Of a stretch of 64,000 bases of DNA, positions 27,258 through 37,046 are shown in pieces. The notes beneath the pieces are model-generated. The model was not told the DNA's origin and did no database searches. It saw only the letters and a list, made by a program, of their open reading frames with translations. The position numbers and the translations under genes were made by a program. The stretch is from an uncultured Candidatus Binatia bacterium. GTDB taxonomy: Bacteria; Desulfobacterota; Binatia; UBA9968; JAJDTQ01. The DNA lies in the NCBI GenBank assembly GCA_965215605.1, contig OZ244070.1, positions 896,001-960,000 on the forward strand, read 5' to 3'. Position 1 is the first letter of the stretch. Every line of letters begins with the position of its first letter.

Positions 27258-29555
27258 ATGGCTGACGACTATCGCGTAATCGGCACGCCGGTCATACGTC
27301 CGGACGGCGCCGAGATGATCTCGGGGCAGGCGGTGTACGGGCCGGACGTGACCCAGCCGGGGATGCTGTGGGGCAAGATCCTCCGGAGCCCGCTGCCCCA
27401 CGCGAGGGTCCGGTCCATCGACGTGGAGAAGGCCCGGCAGCTTCCCGGCGTCACCGTGATCACGGCGCGGGACGTCCCGGACCGGCGCTACGGCTACGCC
27501 ATCGAGGACGAGCAGATCTTCGCGGTGGACAAGGTGCGCTACGTCGGCGAGCCGGTGGCCGCGGCCGCGGCGGCGGATGAGGAACGGGCGCTGGAGGCGC
27601 TTTCCCTTGTCGACGTGGACTACGAGGAGCTGCCGGCGGTCTTCACCGCCGCGGAGGCTTCGCGGGACGGCGCGCCCCTGGTCCACGAGGAGCTGGGGCC
27701 GGCCCGGTCGGTGTACCTGGCGTCGTGGAACCCGGTGCCGGGAACCAACATCATCCACCAGGCCTCCCACCATCGCGGCGACGTGGACGCGGCGCTGGCG
27801 AGGGCGGACTACGTGTTCGAGGACACGTTCCACGCCAGCCAGATCCATCACAGCTACATGGAGCCCCACGCCACCCTGGCGGCGGCCCGGGGCAACGCGG
27901 TGACGGTGTGGACCTGCAGCCAGGAGGTGTTCCAGCTCCGCACCCTGCTGGCCGGGCTGTTCGCCATTCCGGAAAGCCGCATGCGGGTGATCAACACCAA
28001 GGTGGGCGGCGGCTTCGGCGGCAAGATCGAGCCGCGGCTGGAGCCCGTGGCGGTGGCCCTGTCCATGCACAGCCGCAAGCCCGTGAAGATCGTCATGACC
28101 CGGGCGGAGGAGTTCACCGCCGCGGCCGGCTCGACCCCGGCCACGGTGACGGTCAAGACCGGGGTCACGAAGGACGGGACGCTGACGGCCCGGGACATCG
28201 ATTTCCTGTGGGACACCGGCGCCCACGCCGAAGGCCTGCCCCCCAGCAACCGCGCCATGAAGGACGGCAACGGCCCCTACCGCGTCCACGACCTGCGGAT
28301 TTCGTCCACCCTCGTCTACACCAACAAGATGCGCGGCACCCAGTTGCGCGGGCTGGGTGTGCCCGAGGGCGCCTTCGCCATCGAATCGCAAATGGACATG
28401 ATCGCCGAGCGCCTGGGCATGGATCCGCTGGAGCTGCGGCTCAAGAACATCCTCGAGGAAGGCGACATCAACTCCATCGACGACGTGGTGCGGAGCATCG
28501 GCCTCCGGGAGTGCCTCGAAAGCGTGGCCAGGGAAATAGGCTGGAACGAGCCCAGGCCCGCCAACGTGGGCCGGGGCCTTTCGGTCATCGCCAAGTCCCC
28601 CACCACCCATTCGAGCATCTCCAGCGCCTACGTCCAGTTCAACGAGGATGGCAGCGTGCAGGTGCTGGTGGGGGCCTCCGAAATCGGCCAGGGGATGTCC
28701 GTGGTCATGTGCCAGATCGCCGCCGAGGTGCTGGGGCTTCCGGTGGAGGCGGTGGGCATCGCCAGCGCGGACACCGGCACCACGCCCTACGACCGCGGCA
28801 CGTTCTCGAGCCGGGTGACCTTCTACACCGGCATGGCGGTGAAGCTCGCCGCGGAGGATGCGCGAAACCAGCTCCTGGAAGTGGCTTCCCGGATGGTGGA
28901 GATTCCCCAAGACGATCTCGCGGCGGCGGCGGAGCGCGTGGTGTCGCCCGCCCATCCGGAACTCTCGCTGCCGTTTCGCGAGGTCCTGGAACGGGCCCAC
29001 AGCTACGAACGGCCGATTCTGGGCCGGGGCACCTACGGCGGCAAGGGCGACTACCCGACACTGCCCCACAAGGCCCAGCGCAAGGAGTACGTGCCGGGGT
29101 GGAAGTACGCGGCCCAGGCCGTGGAGGCGGAGATCGACGAGGAGACCGGCATCGTCCGGGTCCGCCGCATCGCCTCGGCCCACGACGTGGGCAAGAGCCT
29201 GAACCCCGTGAGCGTCGACGGCCAGATCATCGGCGGCGTGGTCATGGGCCTGGGTTACGCCCTGCACGAACGGCTGCAGTTCGACCAGGGGCGGATCGTC
29301 AACCCCTCGTTCATGGACTACAAGATCCCGTCGAGCCAGGAGATCCCGGAAATAAAGCCCATCGCCGTGGAGGTGCCGCTGCCGGAAGGTCCGTTCGGCG
29401 CCAAGGGCATCGGCGAGCTGGCCATCGTCGGCATCGCGCCCGCCATCGGTAACGCCATCCACGAGGTCTTGGGCGTCAGGCTGAAGGAACTGCCGCTGCA
29501 TCCCGAACGGGTGCTGGACGCGGTGGAGAGTCAGCGGAAGGTCAACGGGCAGTGA
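27258..29555 (+). CDS. Xanthine dehydrogenase family molybdopterin-binding (large) subunit
   Basis: RSPLPHARV, YMEPH, GGGFGGK, IGQG, GQIIGG, AKGIGE. Confidence 0.92.
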   Translation: MADDYRVIGTPVIRPDGAEMISGQAVYGPDVTQPGMLWGKILRSPLPHARVRSIDVEKARQLPGVTVITARDVPDRRYGYAIEDEQIFAVDKVRYVGEPVAAAAAADEERALEALSLVDVDYEELPAVFTAAEASRDGAPLVHEELGPARSVYLASWNPVPGTNIIHQASHHRGDVDAALARADYVFEDTFHASQIHHSYMEPHATLAAARGNAVTVWTCSQEVFQLRTLLAGLFAIPESRMRVINTKVGGGFGGKIEPRLEPVAVALSMHSRKPVKIVMTRAEEFTAAAGSTPATVTVKTGVTKDGTLTARDIDFLWDTGAHAEGLPPSNRAMKDGNGPYRVHDLRISSTLVYTNKMRGTQLRGLGVPEGAFAIESQMDMIAERLGMDPLELRLKNILEEGDINSIDDVVRSIGLRECLESVAREIGWNEPRPANVGRGLSVIAKSPTTHSSISSAYVQFNEDGSVQVLVGASEIGQGMSVVMCQIAAEVLGLPVEAVGIASADTGTTPYDRGTFSSRVTFYTGMAVKLAAEDARNQLLEVASRMVEIPQDDLAAAAERVVSPAHPELSLPFREVLERAHSYERPILGRGTYGGKGDYPTLPHKAQRKEYVPGWKYAAQAVEAEIDEETGIVRVRRIASAHDVGKSLNPVSVDGQIIGGVVMGLGYALHERLQFDQGRIVNPSFMDYKIPSSQEIPEIKPIAVEVPLPEGPFGAKGIGELAIVGIAPAIGNAIHEVLGVRLKELPLHPERVLDAVESQRKVNGQ

Positions 29556-29565
29556 GAGATCGACC

Positions 29566-30450
29566 ATGGAATGCAAGCTGATCCGGCCCGCCGACCTGGA
29601 CAAGGCGCTGGCGGCGCGCGAACAGTACACGCACGACGCCCTGCCCATCGCCGGCGGGCAGTCGCTGCTGGTGATGATGCGGAACCGGCTGGTGGCGCCT
29701 GCGGCCTTGATCGACCTCGAGCCCATCGAGGCTCTTCGCGGCGTCGAGGTGAGTTCCGCCGGTATTTCCATCGGCGCCATGAGTACCTGCCGGCAGTTGA
29801 TCGCGTCGCCGGTGCTGGGCGAAGAGGTCGGCGTGCTGCCGGAAGCGGCCCGGCAGGTAAGCTCCAACGCAGTGCGGAACCTCGGCACCATCGGCGGCAA
29901 CGTGTGCCACAACGAGCCCGGCGCCGACCTGCCGCCTGCACTGCTGGCGCTGAACGCCCGCGCCGCGGTGCGGCGGCGCGCCGAGGCCCGTGAAGTGCCG
30001 CTGGCGGAGTTCTTCACGGGGTACTTCGAGACCGTGCTGGAGCCGGACGAGATCCTCTGCCGCATCGACATCGAACATCCGCCCGAGGGTGCGGCCGGGG
30101 TCTACCTGAAGCACGCCATCAGCCCCGAGGACCTGGCGATGGTGGGTGTCGCCGCCGTGGTGGTGCCGGACGGCAAGCAGACCGGCGGCGTGGCGGAGGT
30201 GCGCATCGGCATCGGCGGAGCGGCGCCGGTTCCGCTCCGGGCTGTCCGGACCGAGGCGGCACTCAAAGGCGCGGTGCTGAACCCGGAAACGGCCCGGGCG
30301 GCGGGAGAGACGGCCGCCACGGAAGTGGACCCCCCTTCGGACCCGCACGCCAGCGCCGATTACCGCCGCAAGATGGTGTCGGTCTTCGTCCGCCGGGCGC
30401 TGCTACAGGCGGCGCGCCAAATCGAGGAGAACGGCCATGGCGCTGCTTGA
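29566..30450 (+). CDS. Xanthine dehydrogenase family FAD-binding (medium) subunit
   Basis: IAGGQSL, RNLGTIGGN, SADYRR. Confidence 0.92.
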   Translation: MECKLIRPADLDKALAAREQYTHDALPIAGGQSLLVMMRNRLVAPAALIDLEPIEALRGVEVSSAGISIGAMSTCRQLIASPVLGEEVGVLPEAARQVSSNAVRNLGTIGGNVCHNEPGADLPPALLALNARAAVRRRAEAREVPLAEFFTGYFETVLEPDEILCRIDIEHPPEGAAGVYLKHAISPEDLAMVGVAAVVVPDGKQTGGVAEVRIGIGGAAPVPLRAVRTEAALKGAVLNPETARAAGETAATEVDPPSDPHASADYRRKMVSVFVRRALLQAARQIEENGHGAA

Positions 30451-30898
30451 GCTCAAGGTCAACGGCCAAGAGGTCCAGGTGGAAGCACCGGACACCGCGC
30501 TCCTGCTGGACGTGTTGCGGGAACGGCTGGCCCTGACCGGCGCCAAGCGCGGCTGCGAAACCAGCCACTGCGGCTGCTGCACCGTGCGCGTGGACGGCAT
30601 GGCGGTCCACAGTTGCGTGGTGCTGGCCGCGCGCTGCGAGGGAAAAGAGATCGCCACCGTAGAGGGGTGCGGCGACGGCATGGAGCTCGACCGGCTCCAG
30701 CGGCTGTTCCTGGAACACGGCGCCGTCCAGTGCGGCTATTGCGGGCCGGGAATGCTCATGGCCGCACAGGCCCTGCTGGAACGGAATCCCGCCCCGACCC
30801 TGGACGAGGTGAAAAAGGGACTGGACGGCAATCTGTGCCGCTGCACGGGATACACTCCGATCTTCGACGCCATCCTGGCATACGGCCGCGGTGAGTAG
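30437..30898 (+). CDS. (2Fe-2S)-binding small subunit
   Basis: GCETSHCGCCTV, QCGYC, NLCRCTGY. Confidence 0.93.
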   Translation: MALLELKVNGQEVQVEAPDTALLLDVLRERLALTGAKRGCETSHCGCCTVRVDGMAVHSCVVLAARCEGKEIATVEGCGDGMELDRLQRLFLEHGAVQCGYCGPGMLMAAQALLERNPAPTLDEVKKGLDGNLCRCTGYTPIFDAILAYGRGE

Positions 30899-32414
30899 CG
30901 CGTCACAGCACACCGCCCCCGCATCCAACAGAGCCCCCGTCGCCGTCGCCGGGGTGATGGTGGCGGTCTTTCTCTTCGCCATCGACGCCACCATCGTGAG
31001 CAGCGCCATGCCCACGGTGGTCTCCCAACTCGGCGGCCTCGACCTCTACAGTTGGGTTTTCTCCGTCTACATGCTCACCTCGGCATTGGCCACGCCGATC
31101 TTCGGCAAGCTCTCGGACCTCTACAGCCGGCGCACCCTGATTTTGCTCGCCATCGGCGCTTTCGTGGTGGGCTCGGTCGCTTGTGGCGCGGCCCAGAGCA
31201 TGACCCAGCTCATCGTGTTCCGCGCCGTGCAGGGCATGGGAGGCGGCGCGGTGTATGCCCTCGCGTTCATCATCGTGGGGGTGGTTTTCCCCGCCGAACA
31301 GCGCGCGCGGATGCAAGGGCTCATCGCCAGCGTGTGGGGCGTCGCCTCCGTGCTCGGCCCGGCCGGTGGCGGGTTCATCGCCGAGTACTGGGACTGGCGC
31401 TGGATCTTCTGGATCAATCTGCCCCTGGGAGTCGCCGCGGCCGGGCTCATCATCGCGGGTTTTCGGGAGCAGCGCGCCGAAGGCGCGCGCCGGTCGCTGG
31501 ATCTGGCGGGCGCCGCGATCCTTCTCTCCACCCTGATGCTGTTGTTTTACGGCCTTCTGGTAGCCGCCAACCAGGTCGATCTCATCACCGCGGAGTCCAT
31601 CGCCGTGGTGGTGGGGGTCGTGGTGCTGCTGGGGCTCTTCATCGCCATCGAGGGCAAGGCCAGGGATCCGCTGCTGCCCATGGCGCTGTTTCGGCTGCCG
31701 GACTACAGCCGCCCCGCCGCCCTCAGCCTGCTGGCGGCCATGGGCATCTTCGGGGTCATCGGGTTCCTGCCGTTGTACGTCCAGGGCGCCCTGGGCGGAA
31801 GCGCCACGCTGGCCGGCCTGACCCTGCTGCCCTTGAGCGTGGGTTGGACAGCCGGAAGCCTTATCGCCGGCCGGGTCGCTCCGGTATGGGGATACCGCAA
31901 CGTCTGCGCCACCGGTATGGCCCTGATGGTCACCGGCTACATCCCGTTCATGGCGCTGGAAGAGGCCGGCGGCATGATCGTCATGCTGATCGCGACCAGC
32001 GCGGCCGGCACCGGCATGGGGATGACCAACGTCACCGCGCTGGTGGCCGCCCAGGGCGCGGTGCCGTTCAGGAATCTCGGAGTCGCCACCTCCACGGTCA
32101 TGCTCTTCCGCACCATCGGCGGCGCCCTCATCCTGAGCATCATGGGCAGCATCCTGCTGCAACGCATGAACGCCACCTTCACCGTCATCGCCGCGGACCT
32201 GAAGGCCTCGGTGCCGGAATCGGTGCTCCAGAAGCTCCTGAACCCGCAAAACCTCCTCGATCCTGCCACCCGCGCGCAGATACCTGCCGATATCATGCCC
32301 ACGCTCATCGGCGCCCTCGTGAACGCGCTATGGTGGGCTTTCCTGGTGGGCCTGGCGGCGACGGTGGCGGGACTGGTTCTGAGTTGCTTCCTGGAAGGCA
32401 AGCGTTCCGCGTGA
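30891..32414 (+). CDS. DHA2 (EmrB/QacA-type) MFS transporter
   Basis: DATIVSSAMP, GKLSDLYSRR, WRWIFWINLP, 14-TM pattern. Confidence 0.9.
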   Translation: MSSASQHTAPASNRAPVAVAGVMVAVFLFAIDATIVSSAMPTVVSQLGGLDLYSWVFSVYMLTSALATPIFGKLSDLYSRRTLILLAIGAFVVGSVACGAAQSMTQLIVFRAVQGMGGGAVYALAFIIVGVVFPAEQRARMQGLIASVWGVASVLGPAGGGFIAEYWDWRWIFWINLPLGVAAAGLIIAGFREQRAEGARRSLDLAGAAILLSTLMLLFYGLLVAANQVDLITAESIAVVVGVVVLLGLFIAIEGKARDPLLPMALFRLPDYSRPAALSLLAAMGIFGVIGFLPLYVQGALGGSATLAGLTLLPLSVGWTAGSLIAGRVAPVWGYRNVCATGMALMVTGYIPFMALEEAGGMIVMLIATSAAGTGMGMTNVTALVAAQGAVPFRNLGVATSTVMLFRTIGGALILSIMGSILLQRMNATFTVIAADLKASVPESVLQKLLNPQNLLDPATRAQIPADIMPTLIGALVNALWWAFLVGLAATVAGLVLSCFLEGKRSA

Positions 32415-32453
32415 AACCGGCAATGCGGAACGGGTTTTGATCCGCGGCCGCTC

Positions 32454-32978
32454 CTAGTCCTGCGCCGCGAGCAGTTCCTCCAACGCATAGAGTGTCCTTT
32501 GTGGGAACTGTTCCAGCGGGTAGTAGCGCGTCACCATATCCAGCGCCGTCCGATAGTCGGTCAGATTCAGGTAGCGGAGAAGAAACCGCACATCGGCTTC
32601 GTCGTGGAATTCCTCGCCGAGGCGCATCGCCAAGCACTTCATCGCCAGCAAATACTCGGGAGCGGCCGTCAGCACGCGCAGGTTGGACGCCTCCAGATAC
32701 GGATCGAAATCGCCCTTGGGACTCAGGTAGCCCTTGACCGCGTCATTGAGCCAATCAGGGGACATCCCGGACGAGGCGGCAATGCGTTGAGCGGCTTGGC
32801 GTACTTCCCTCGCCGGCCTGAAAAAAGCATCGATATCCTTGGTGGACCGGCGGGCATCGAATACCAGACACATGACCGCGCCGCCAACGAGGTACACCTC
32901 CCCCGTGATTCCGTTGCGGAAAAGTTCCTGATTGAGGCGCTGGAACAGCCGTTCGATGTCGCGTCTGGAATACTGCAT
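32454..32978 (-). CDS. Nucleotidyltransferase-fold protein (DUF6036-like), putative toxin
   Basis: YLVGGAVM...RSTKDID (GG + DxD NTase motif), WLND, YLLAMK. Start overlaps upstream stop. Confidence 0.75.
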   Translation of the reverse strand: MQYSRRDIERLFQRLNQELFRNGITGEVYLVGGAVMCLVFDARRSTKDIDAFFRPAREVRQAAQRIAASSGMSPDWLNDAVKGYLSPKGDFDPYLEASNLRVLTAAPEYLLAMKCLAMRLGEEFHDEADVRFLLRYLNLTDYRTALDMVTRYYPLEQFPQRTLYALEELLAAQD

Positions 32979-33469
32979 CAGACCCGCTGCCCAACGCTGC
33001 TGTCGACGAACAGATTCCGCCGCCGGAACGGAGCCGGCGAATTGGTCAAGAGATGCAGCCGTAAGCTCTTCAACGACGAGGCAAACCACGGCCGTTCCAA
33101 CGCCGGCACCGCCCGGGTCCAACCCGGCGGCAGGACTCTCTTCGACATGGCCGCGTGTTCGATCATCGCTGCCAGGTAGCCCGCTTCAAACGCGGGAAGG
33201 CGTGTTTCCGGCGAATGTTCGACCGCGCGCTTGAACTCCTCTCCGTTCAGCCCGCCGAGAAGGTCGTGCAACTCGGCGAATATGTACGAGCGCTGGTTGG
33301 AGCGCGTCACAAGCTCCATGCACAGAGCCTGAAATTCACGTTCGACCGGCGGCAGCACGAGGTTGAGCACCCAATTGGACACGTCCATTCCCGCGTTTGC
33401 CGCGCGTTCCTGAATACGCGCCTTGTCTTCCGCGCTAATGCGGATCTGAAGCTGCCGGTTCTTGCTCAC
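32978..33469 (-). CDS. Ribbon-helix-helix DNA-binding protein, putative antitoxin
   Basis: N-terminal KNRQLQIRISAEDKARIQERAANAGMDVSNWV (beta-alpha-alpha RHH), C-terminal PAPFRRRNLF. Start at GTG 33469, or alternatively ATG 33478. Confidence 0.7.
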   Translation of the reverse strand: MSKNRQLQIRISAEDKARIQERAANAGMDVSNWVLNLVLPPVEREFQALCMELVTRSNQRSYIFAELHDLLGGLNGEEFKRAVEHSPETRLPAFEAGYLAAMIEHAAMSKRVLPPGWTRAVPALERPWFASSLKSLRLHLLTNSPAPFRRRNLFVDSSVGQRV

Positions 33470-33476
33470 GGAGAAC

Positions 33477-33520
33477 ATGATAAGGGCAAGCCAAGAAGGT
33501 GTCAATACGCTGTATTGACA
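33477..33520 (-). promoter_or_regulatory. Promoter with perfect palindromic operator
   Basis: Minus-strand TTGACA-17 nt-TATCAT. Palindrome TGTCAATAC-GCT-GTATTGACA (33500-33520) overlaps the -35. Confidence 0.7.
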
Positions 33521-33622
33521 TAGGTGACAACGTGGCCCGATTCCACGTTGACGTTCCCCAGGCTCTTGGCTATGCTTCACGCAGCCAGTCACCCAACTCG
33601 AAACGCCAGACCGGAGGAGCCA

Positions 33623-34417
33623 GTGACAACGACGCCCGCCTTCACCGAAGAGACCCTCGACATAGCCGGAACATCGCTGCAATTGCGGCGCGGCGGCTCC
33701 GGTGCGCCGCTGCTGATCCTCCACGGCGAGTTGGGCGTACCCGACTGGCTGCGGACCCACGAGCTTCTGGCCGGGCACTACTCGGTGTACGTTCCGTCCC
33801 TGCCGGGCTTCGGCTCCTCGTCTTTTCCGGATTGGCTGATGTCGGTGCGGGACCTGTCCGCCTGGGTCAGCTGGTTCGTACGGGACTACGGCCTGTCGAC
33901 TCCGCTCAACGTCATCGGCTTTTCCCTGGGAGGCTGGATCGCCGCCGAGCTTGCGACCGCCAACAGCCACATCTTCTCGAAAATGGTTCTGGCGGGAGCG
34001 GCCGGCATCAAGCCTCGGGAGGGGGAGATCTGGGACTACTTCCTGCACTCCGCCAAGGACGCATTCCAGCAGTCCTTCCACGACCGCGAATCGGCCGAAT
34101 ACCTGAAATACTACGGCAAGGACTGGTCTCCGGACGAGGCCGACCAGGTAGAGAACAACCGGGAGGCGGCCATCCGCTACCTCTGGCGTCCCTACATGCA
34201 CAGCATCACGTTGCCGGACCTCCTCCCGGCCATCGCGACCCCGACCCTGCTCGTATGGGGCGGGCGGGACGGCATCGTCCCCATCAGCAGTTGCGAGCTC
34301 TACAAGCAAGGAATACCGGGCGCGCAGGCCGCGGTCCTGGAGAACTGCGGACACATGCCCGAGATGGAGAAACCGGAAGAGTTCACCAAGACGGTCCTTG
34401 AATTCCTGGGAGGTTGA
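33623..34417 (+). CDS. Alpha/beta hydrolase
   Basis: LHGE, LPGFG, GFSLGG, CGH. GGAGG RBS before GTG. Confidence 0.88.
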   Translation: MTTTPAFTEETLDIAGTSLQLRRGGSGAPLLILHGELGVPDWLRTHELLAGHYSVYVPSLPGFGSSSFPDWLMSVRDLSAWVSWFVRDYGLSTPLNVIGFSLGGWIAAELATANSHIFSKMVLAGAAGIKPREGEIWDYFLHSAKDAFQQSFHDRESAEYLKYYGKDWSPDEADQVENNREAAIRYLWRPYMHSITLPDLLPAIATPTLLVWGGRDGIVPISSCELYKQGIPGAQAAVLENCGHMPEMEKPEEFTKTVLEFLGG

Positions 34418-34422
34418 TATCG

Positions 34423-35658
34423 ATGTTCATAGGCCATTTTACGGAGCAACCCTGGCAGAAGGAAGACTGGCCCGCGGCCTGGGGGTCCGGTGTCATGGAG
34501 GTGAGCAACAGCGAGTACGACCCCTTTCGTGCTTCCGGCCTCTACAACCGCTACCTGGACGAAAAGGTCTACGCCGAGGAGATGGGCTTCGACGGGATCA
34601 TGGTCAACGAGCACCACAGCGCCCCGTTCTGCATGAACAGCGTGGCCAACGTGACCTCCTCCATTCTCGCGCGCATCACCAACAAGGCCAAGATCCTGAT
34701 CCTCGGCAACATTCTGCCCATCCACGACGATCCCCTGTGGCTGGCCGAGCAGATCGCGATGATCGACGTGATTTCCAAGGGCCGCCTGATCCCCGGCGTG
34801 GTGCGCGGCGGCGGCAGCGAGAGCCTGACGCACAACGTGCCCCCGCACTTCAACCGCGAGCGTTTCGAAGAGGCCCATGACTTCCTCGTCAAGACATGGA
34901 CCACCCCCGGCCCGTTCCGCTGGGAGGGCAAGCACTTCCACTACCGGTACGTGAACCCCTGGGCGGTGCCGTTGCAGAAGCCCTATCCGCCCATCTGGGT
35001 GCCCGGCACTTCCAGCCGGGAGACCGTGGAGTGGGCGGCCCGCCATCGTTATCCCTACATCATGCTGGCCAGCCAGATCGATCTGACCCAGCAGATGTAC
35101 AAGATCTACCATGACACCGCCCGGGAAGAGGGCTACGAAGCCGGGTCCCAGCATCTCGGCTTCATGTTCTTCTTTCACGTGGAGGAAACGGAAAAACGGG
35201 CCATGGAGGTGGGCCGGACCCTGACCCAGGGCGTGCGGAGCCCCTACGATCCCGGTGCGCAGAGGCCGCGGCCCTATATCGCGGGCCCGCCGGGAATCGC
35301 CACCCGCAGCGCCCGGGCGCTGCGGCGCAAGATGACGGCCGCGGACTCGTCCGGCCGCACCCGCGCGGGAGCGAGGGCGACCTTCGAAGACCAGGTGGCC
35401 ACCCACGGCATGGTCGTCGGCACGCCCGACAGCGTCATCCCCAAGGTGCGCTACATCATGGAGCAACTGCGGCCGGGAACCATCATCTTCCGCACCGGCG
35501 ACGGCGCCATGGACCACGAGTCGCAGATGCGCACCCTCAAGCTCATGGGCGAGGAGGTCATGCCCAAGCTTCGGGAGATCGCCGACGAGCTGGGACTCCC
35601 CGGTCCTTACGATATCGACCCGAGGACCAACGAGCCGCTGGCCGCCATGGCTTCATAG
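34423..35658 (+). CDS. LLM-class flavin-dependent oxidoreductase
   Basis: GFDGIMVNEHH, LAEQIAMIDVISKGRL, QKPYPPIW, VVGTPD. Confidence 0.9.
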   Translation: MFIGHFTEQPWQKEDWPAAWGSGVMEVSNSEYDPFRASGLYNRYLDEKVYAEEMGFDGIMVNEHHSAPFCMNSVANVTSSILARITNKAKILILGNILPIHDDPLWLAEQIAMIDVISKGRLIPGVVRGGGSESLTHNVPPHFNRERFEEAHDFLVKTWTTPGPFRWEGKHFHYRYVNPWAVPLQKPYPPIWVPGTSSRETVEWAARHRYPYIMLASQIDLTQQMYKIYHDTAREEGYEAGSQHLGFMFFFHVEETEKRAMEVGRTLTQGVRSPYDPGAQRPRPYIAGPPGIATRSARALRRKMTAADSSGRTRAGARATFEDQVATHGMVVGTPDSVIPKVRYIMEQLRPGTIIFRTGDGAMDHESQMRTLKLMGEEVMPKLREIADELGLPGPYDIDPRTNEPLAAMAS

Positions 35659-35704
35659 ACAGATCCTATGGGCCTGCGCCAGGTCACAGGCCGGGAGGTA
35701 ACTC

Positions 35705-36940
35705 ATGTTCATCGGCCACTTCACCGAAGAGCCCTGGCAGGTAGACAACTGGCCCGAGGAATGGGGCACCGGCATCCACAAGGTCAGCAACGCCGAGTAC
35801 GACCCCAAGCGCGCCGCCAACCTGTACAACCGCTACCTTGACGAGAAGGTCTACGCCGAGGAGGTGGGTTTCGACGGGCTGATGGTCAACGAGCACCACA
35901 GCGCGCCCTTCTGCATGAACGGCGTCGCCAACGTGCAGGCTTCGATCCTCGCCCGCATCACCAGCAAAGTGAAGATCCTGCTGCTCGGCAACATCCTGCC
36001 CATCCACGATGACCCGCTGTGGCTGGCCGAGCAGCTCGCCATGATCGACGTCATCTCCCGCGGCCGGCTGATTCCGGGGATCGTGCGCGGCTCCGGCGGC
36101 GAGAGCATCAGCCACAACATCCCGCCCCACTACAACCGCGAGCGCTTCGAGGAGGCCCACGACTTCCTCATCAAGACCTGGACCACCCCCGGCCCCTTTC
36201 GCTGGGAGGGCAAGCACTTCCACTACCGGTATGTGAACCCCTGGGCGGTCCCGTATCAGAAGCCTCACCCGCCCATCTGGGTGCCCGGCACTTCCAGCCG
36301 GGAGACCGTGGAGTGGTGCGCCCGGCACCGCTATCCCTACGTCATGCTCTCGACGCAACTCGAACTCACCCGAGAGATGTACAAAGTCTACTACGAGACG
36401 GCGGAGGAGGAAGGCTATGCGGCCGGTCCGCAGCACATGGGCTACATGTTCTTCGTGCACGTGGAGGAGACGAAGGCCAGGGCCATGGAGGTCGGGCGCA
36501 CCCTGACCCAGGGCGTCCGTAGCCCCTTCGACCCCGGCGTCCAGAGGCCCATTCCGTGGATCATGAGCCCTCCGGGCCTGAACACCCGGACGGCGGTGGC
36601 CCTGCGCCGCCAGATGGTGGCCCCCGACGCCAAGGGACGTACGCGGGCCGGCGCGCTGGCCTCTTTCGAGGACCAGGTGGCCACCCGGGGGATGATCGTG
36701 GGCACCCCCGAGCAGTGCGTCGAGGACATCCGCTACATCATGGAGTACCTGCGGCCGGGCATCATCATCTTCCGCACCGGGGACGGCGCCATGGACCACG
36801 AATCGCAGATGCGCACCCTCAAGCTCATGGGCGAAGAGGTCCTGCCCGCCATGCGCGACATCGCCAAGGAGCTGGACCTGCCCGGGCCTTACGAAGTGAA
36901 CCCCGCCACCAATGAGGCGGTGGCGGCGTTGGCGTCCTGA
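35705..36940 (+). CDS. LLM-class flavin-dependent oxidoreductase, tandem paralog
   Basis: Same motifs, colinear and highly similar to the upstream LLM. Confidence 0.9.
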   Translation: MFIGHFTEEPWQVDNWPEEWGTGIHKVSNAEYDPKRAANLYNRYLDEKVYAEEVGFDGLMVNEHHSAPFCMNGVANVQASILARITSKVKILLLGNILPIHDDPLWLAEQLAMIDVISRGRLIPGIVRGSGGESISHNIPPHYNRERFEEAHDFLIKTWTTPGPFRWEGKHFHYRYVNPWAVPYQKPHPPIWVPGTSSRETVEWCARHRYPYVMLSTQLELTREMYKVYYETAEEEGYAAGPQHMGYMFFVHVEETKARAMEVGRTLTQGVRSPFDPGVQRPIPWIMSPPGLNTRTAVALRRQMVAPDAKGRTRAGALASFEDQVATRGMIVGTPEQCVEDIRYIMEYLRPGIIIFRTGDGAMDHESQMRTLKLMGEEVLPAMRDIAKELDLPGPYEVNPATNEAVAALAS

Positions 36941-37046
36941 GGCACGACCGCCATGTTGCGTGGAACTGGCGTGGGATGGAAAGATCTCCATCCCCGAGGC
37001 TGAGACAACTCGACGGCTCTTCTCGCTGACAGCAGACCGCCCTCGC

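Noticed and set aside
27024-30071. 1015-aa minus-strand ORF (likewise 12299-14245, 20619-22877, 38635-41013, 49171-51510, 52484-54547)
   Set aside because: Antisense or off-frame shadows of well-supported genes.
27258-30898. Aerobic CO dehydrogenase coxLMS
   Set aside because: Lacks the AYxCSFR loop, and no cox accessory genes are present.
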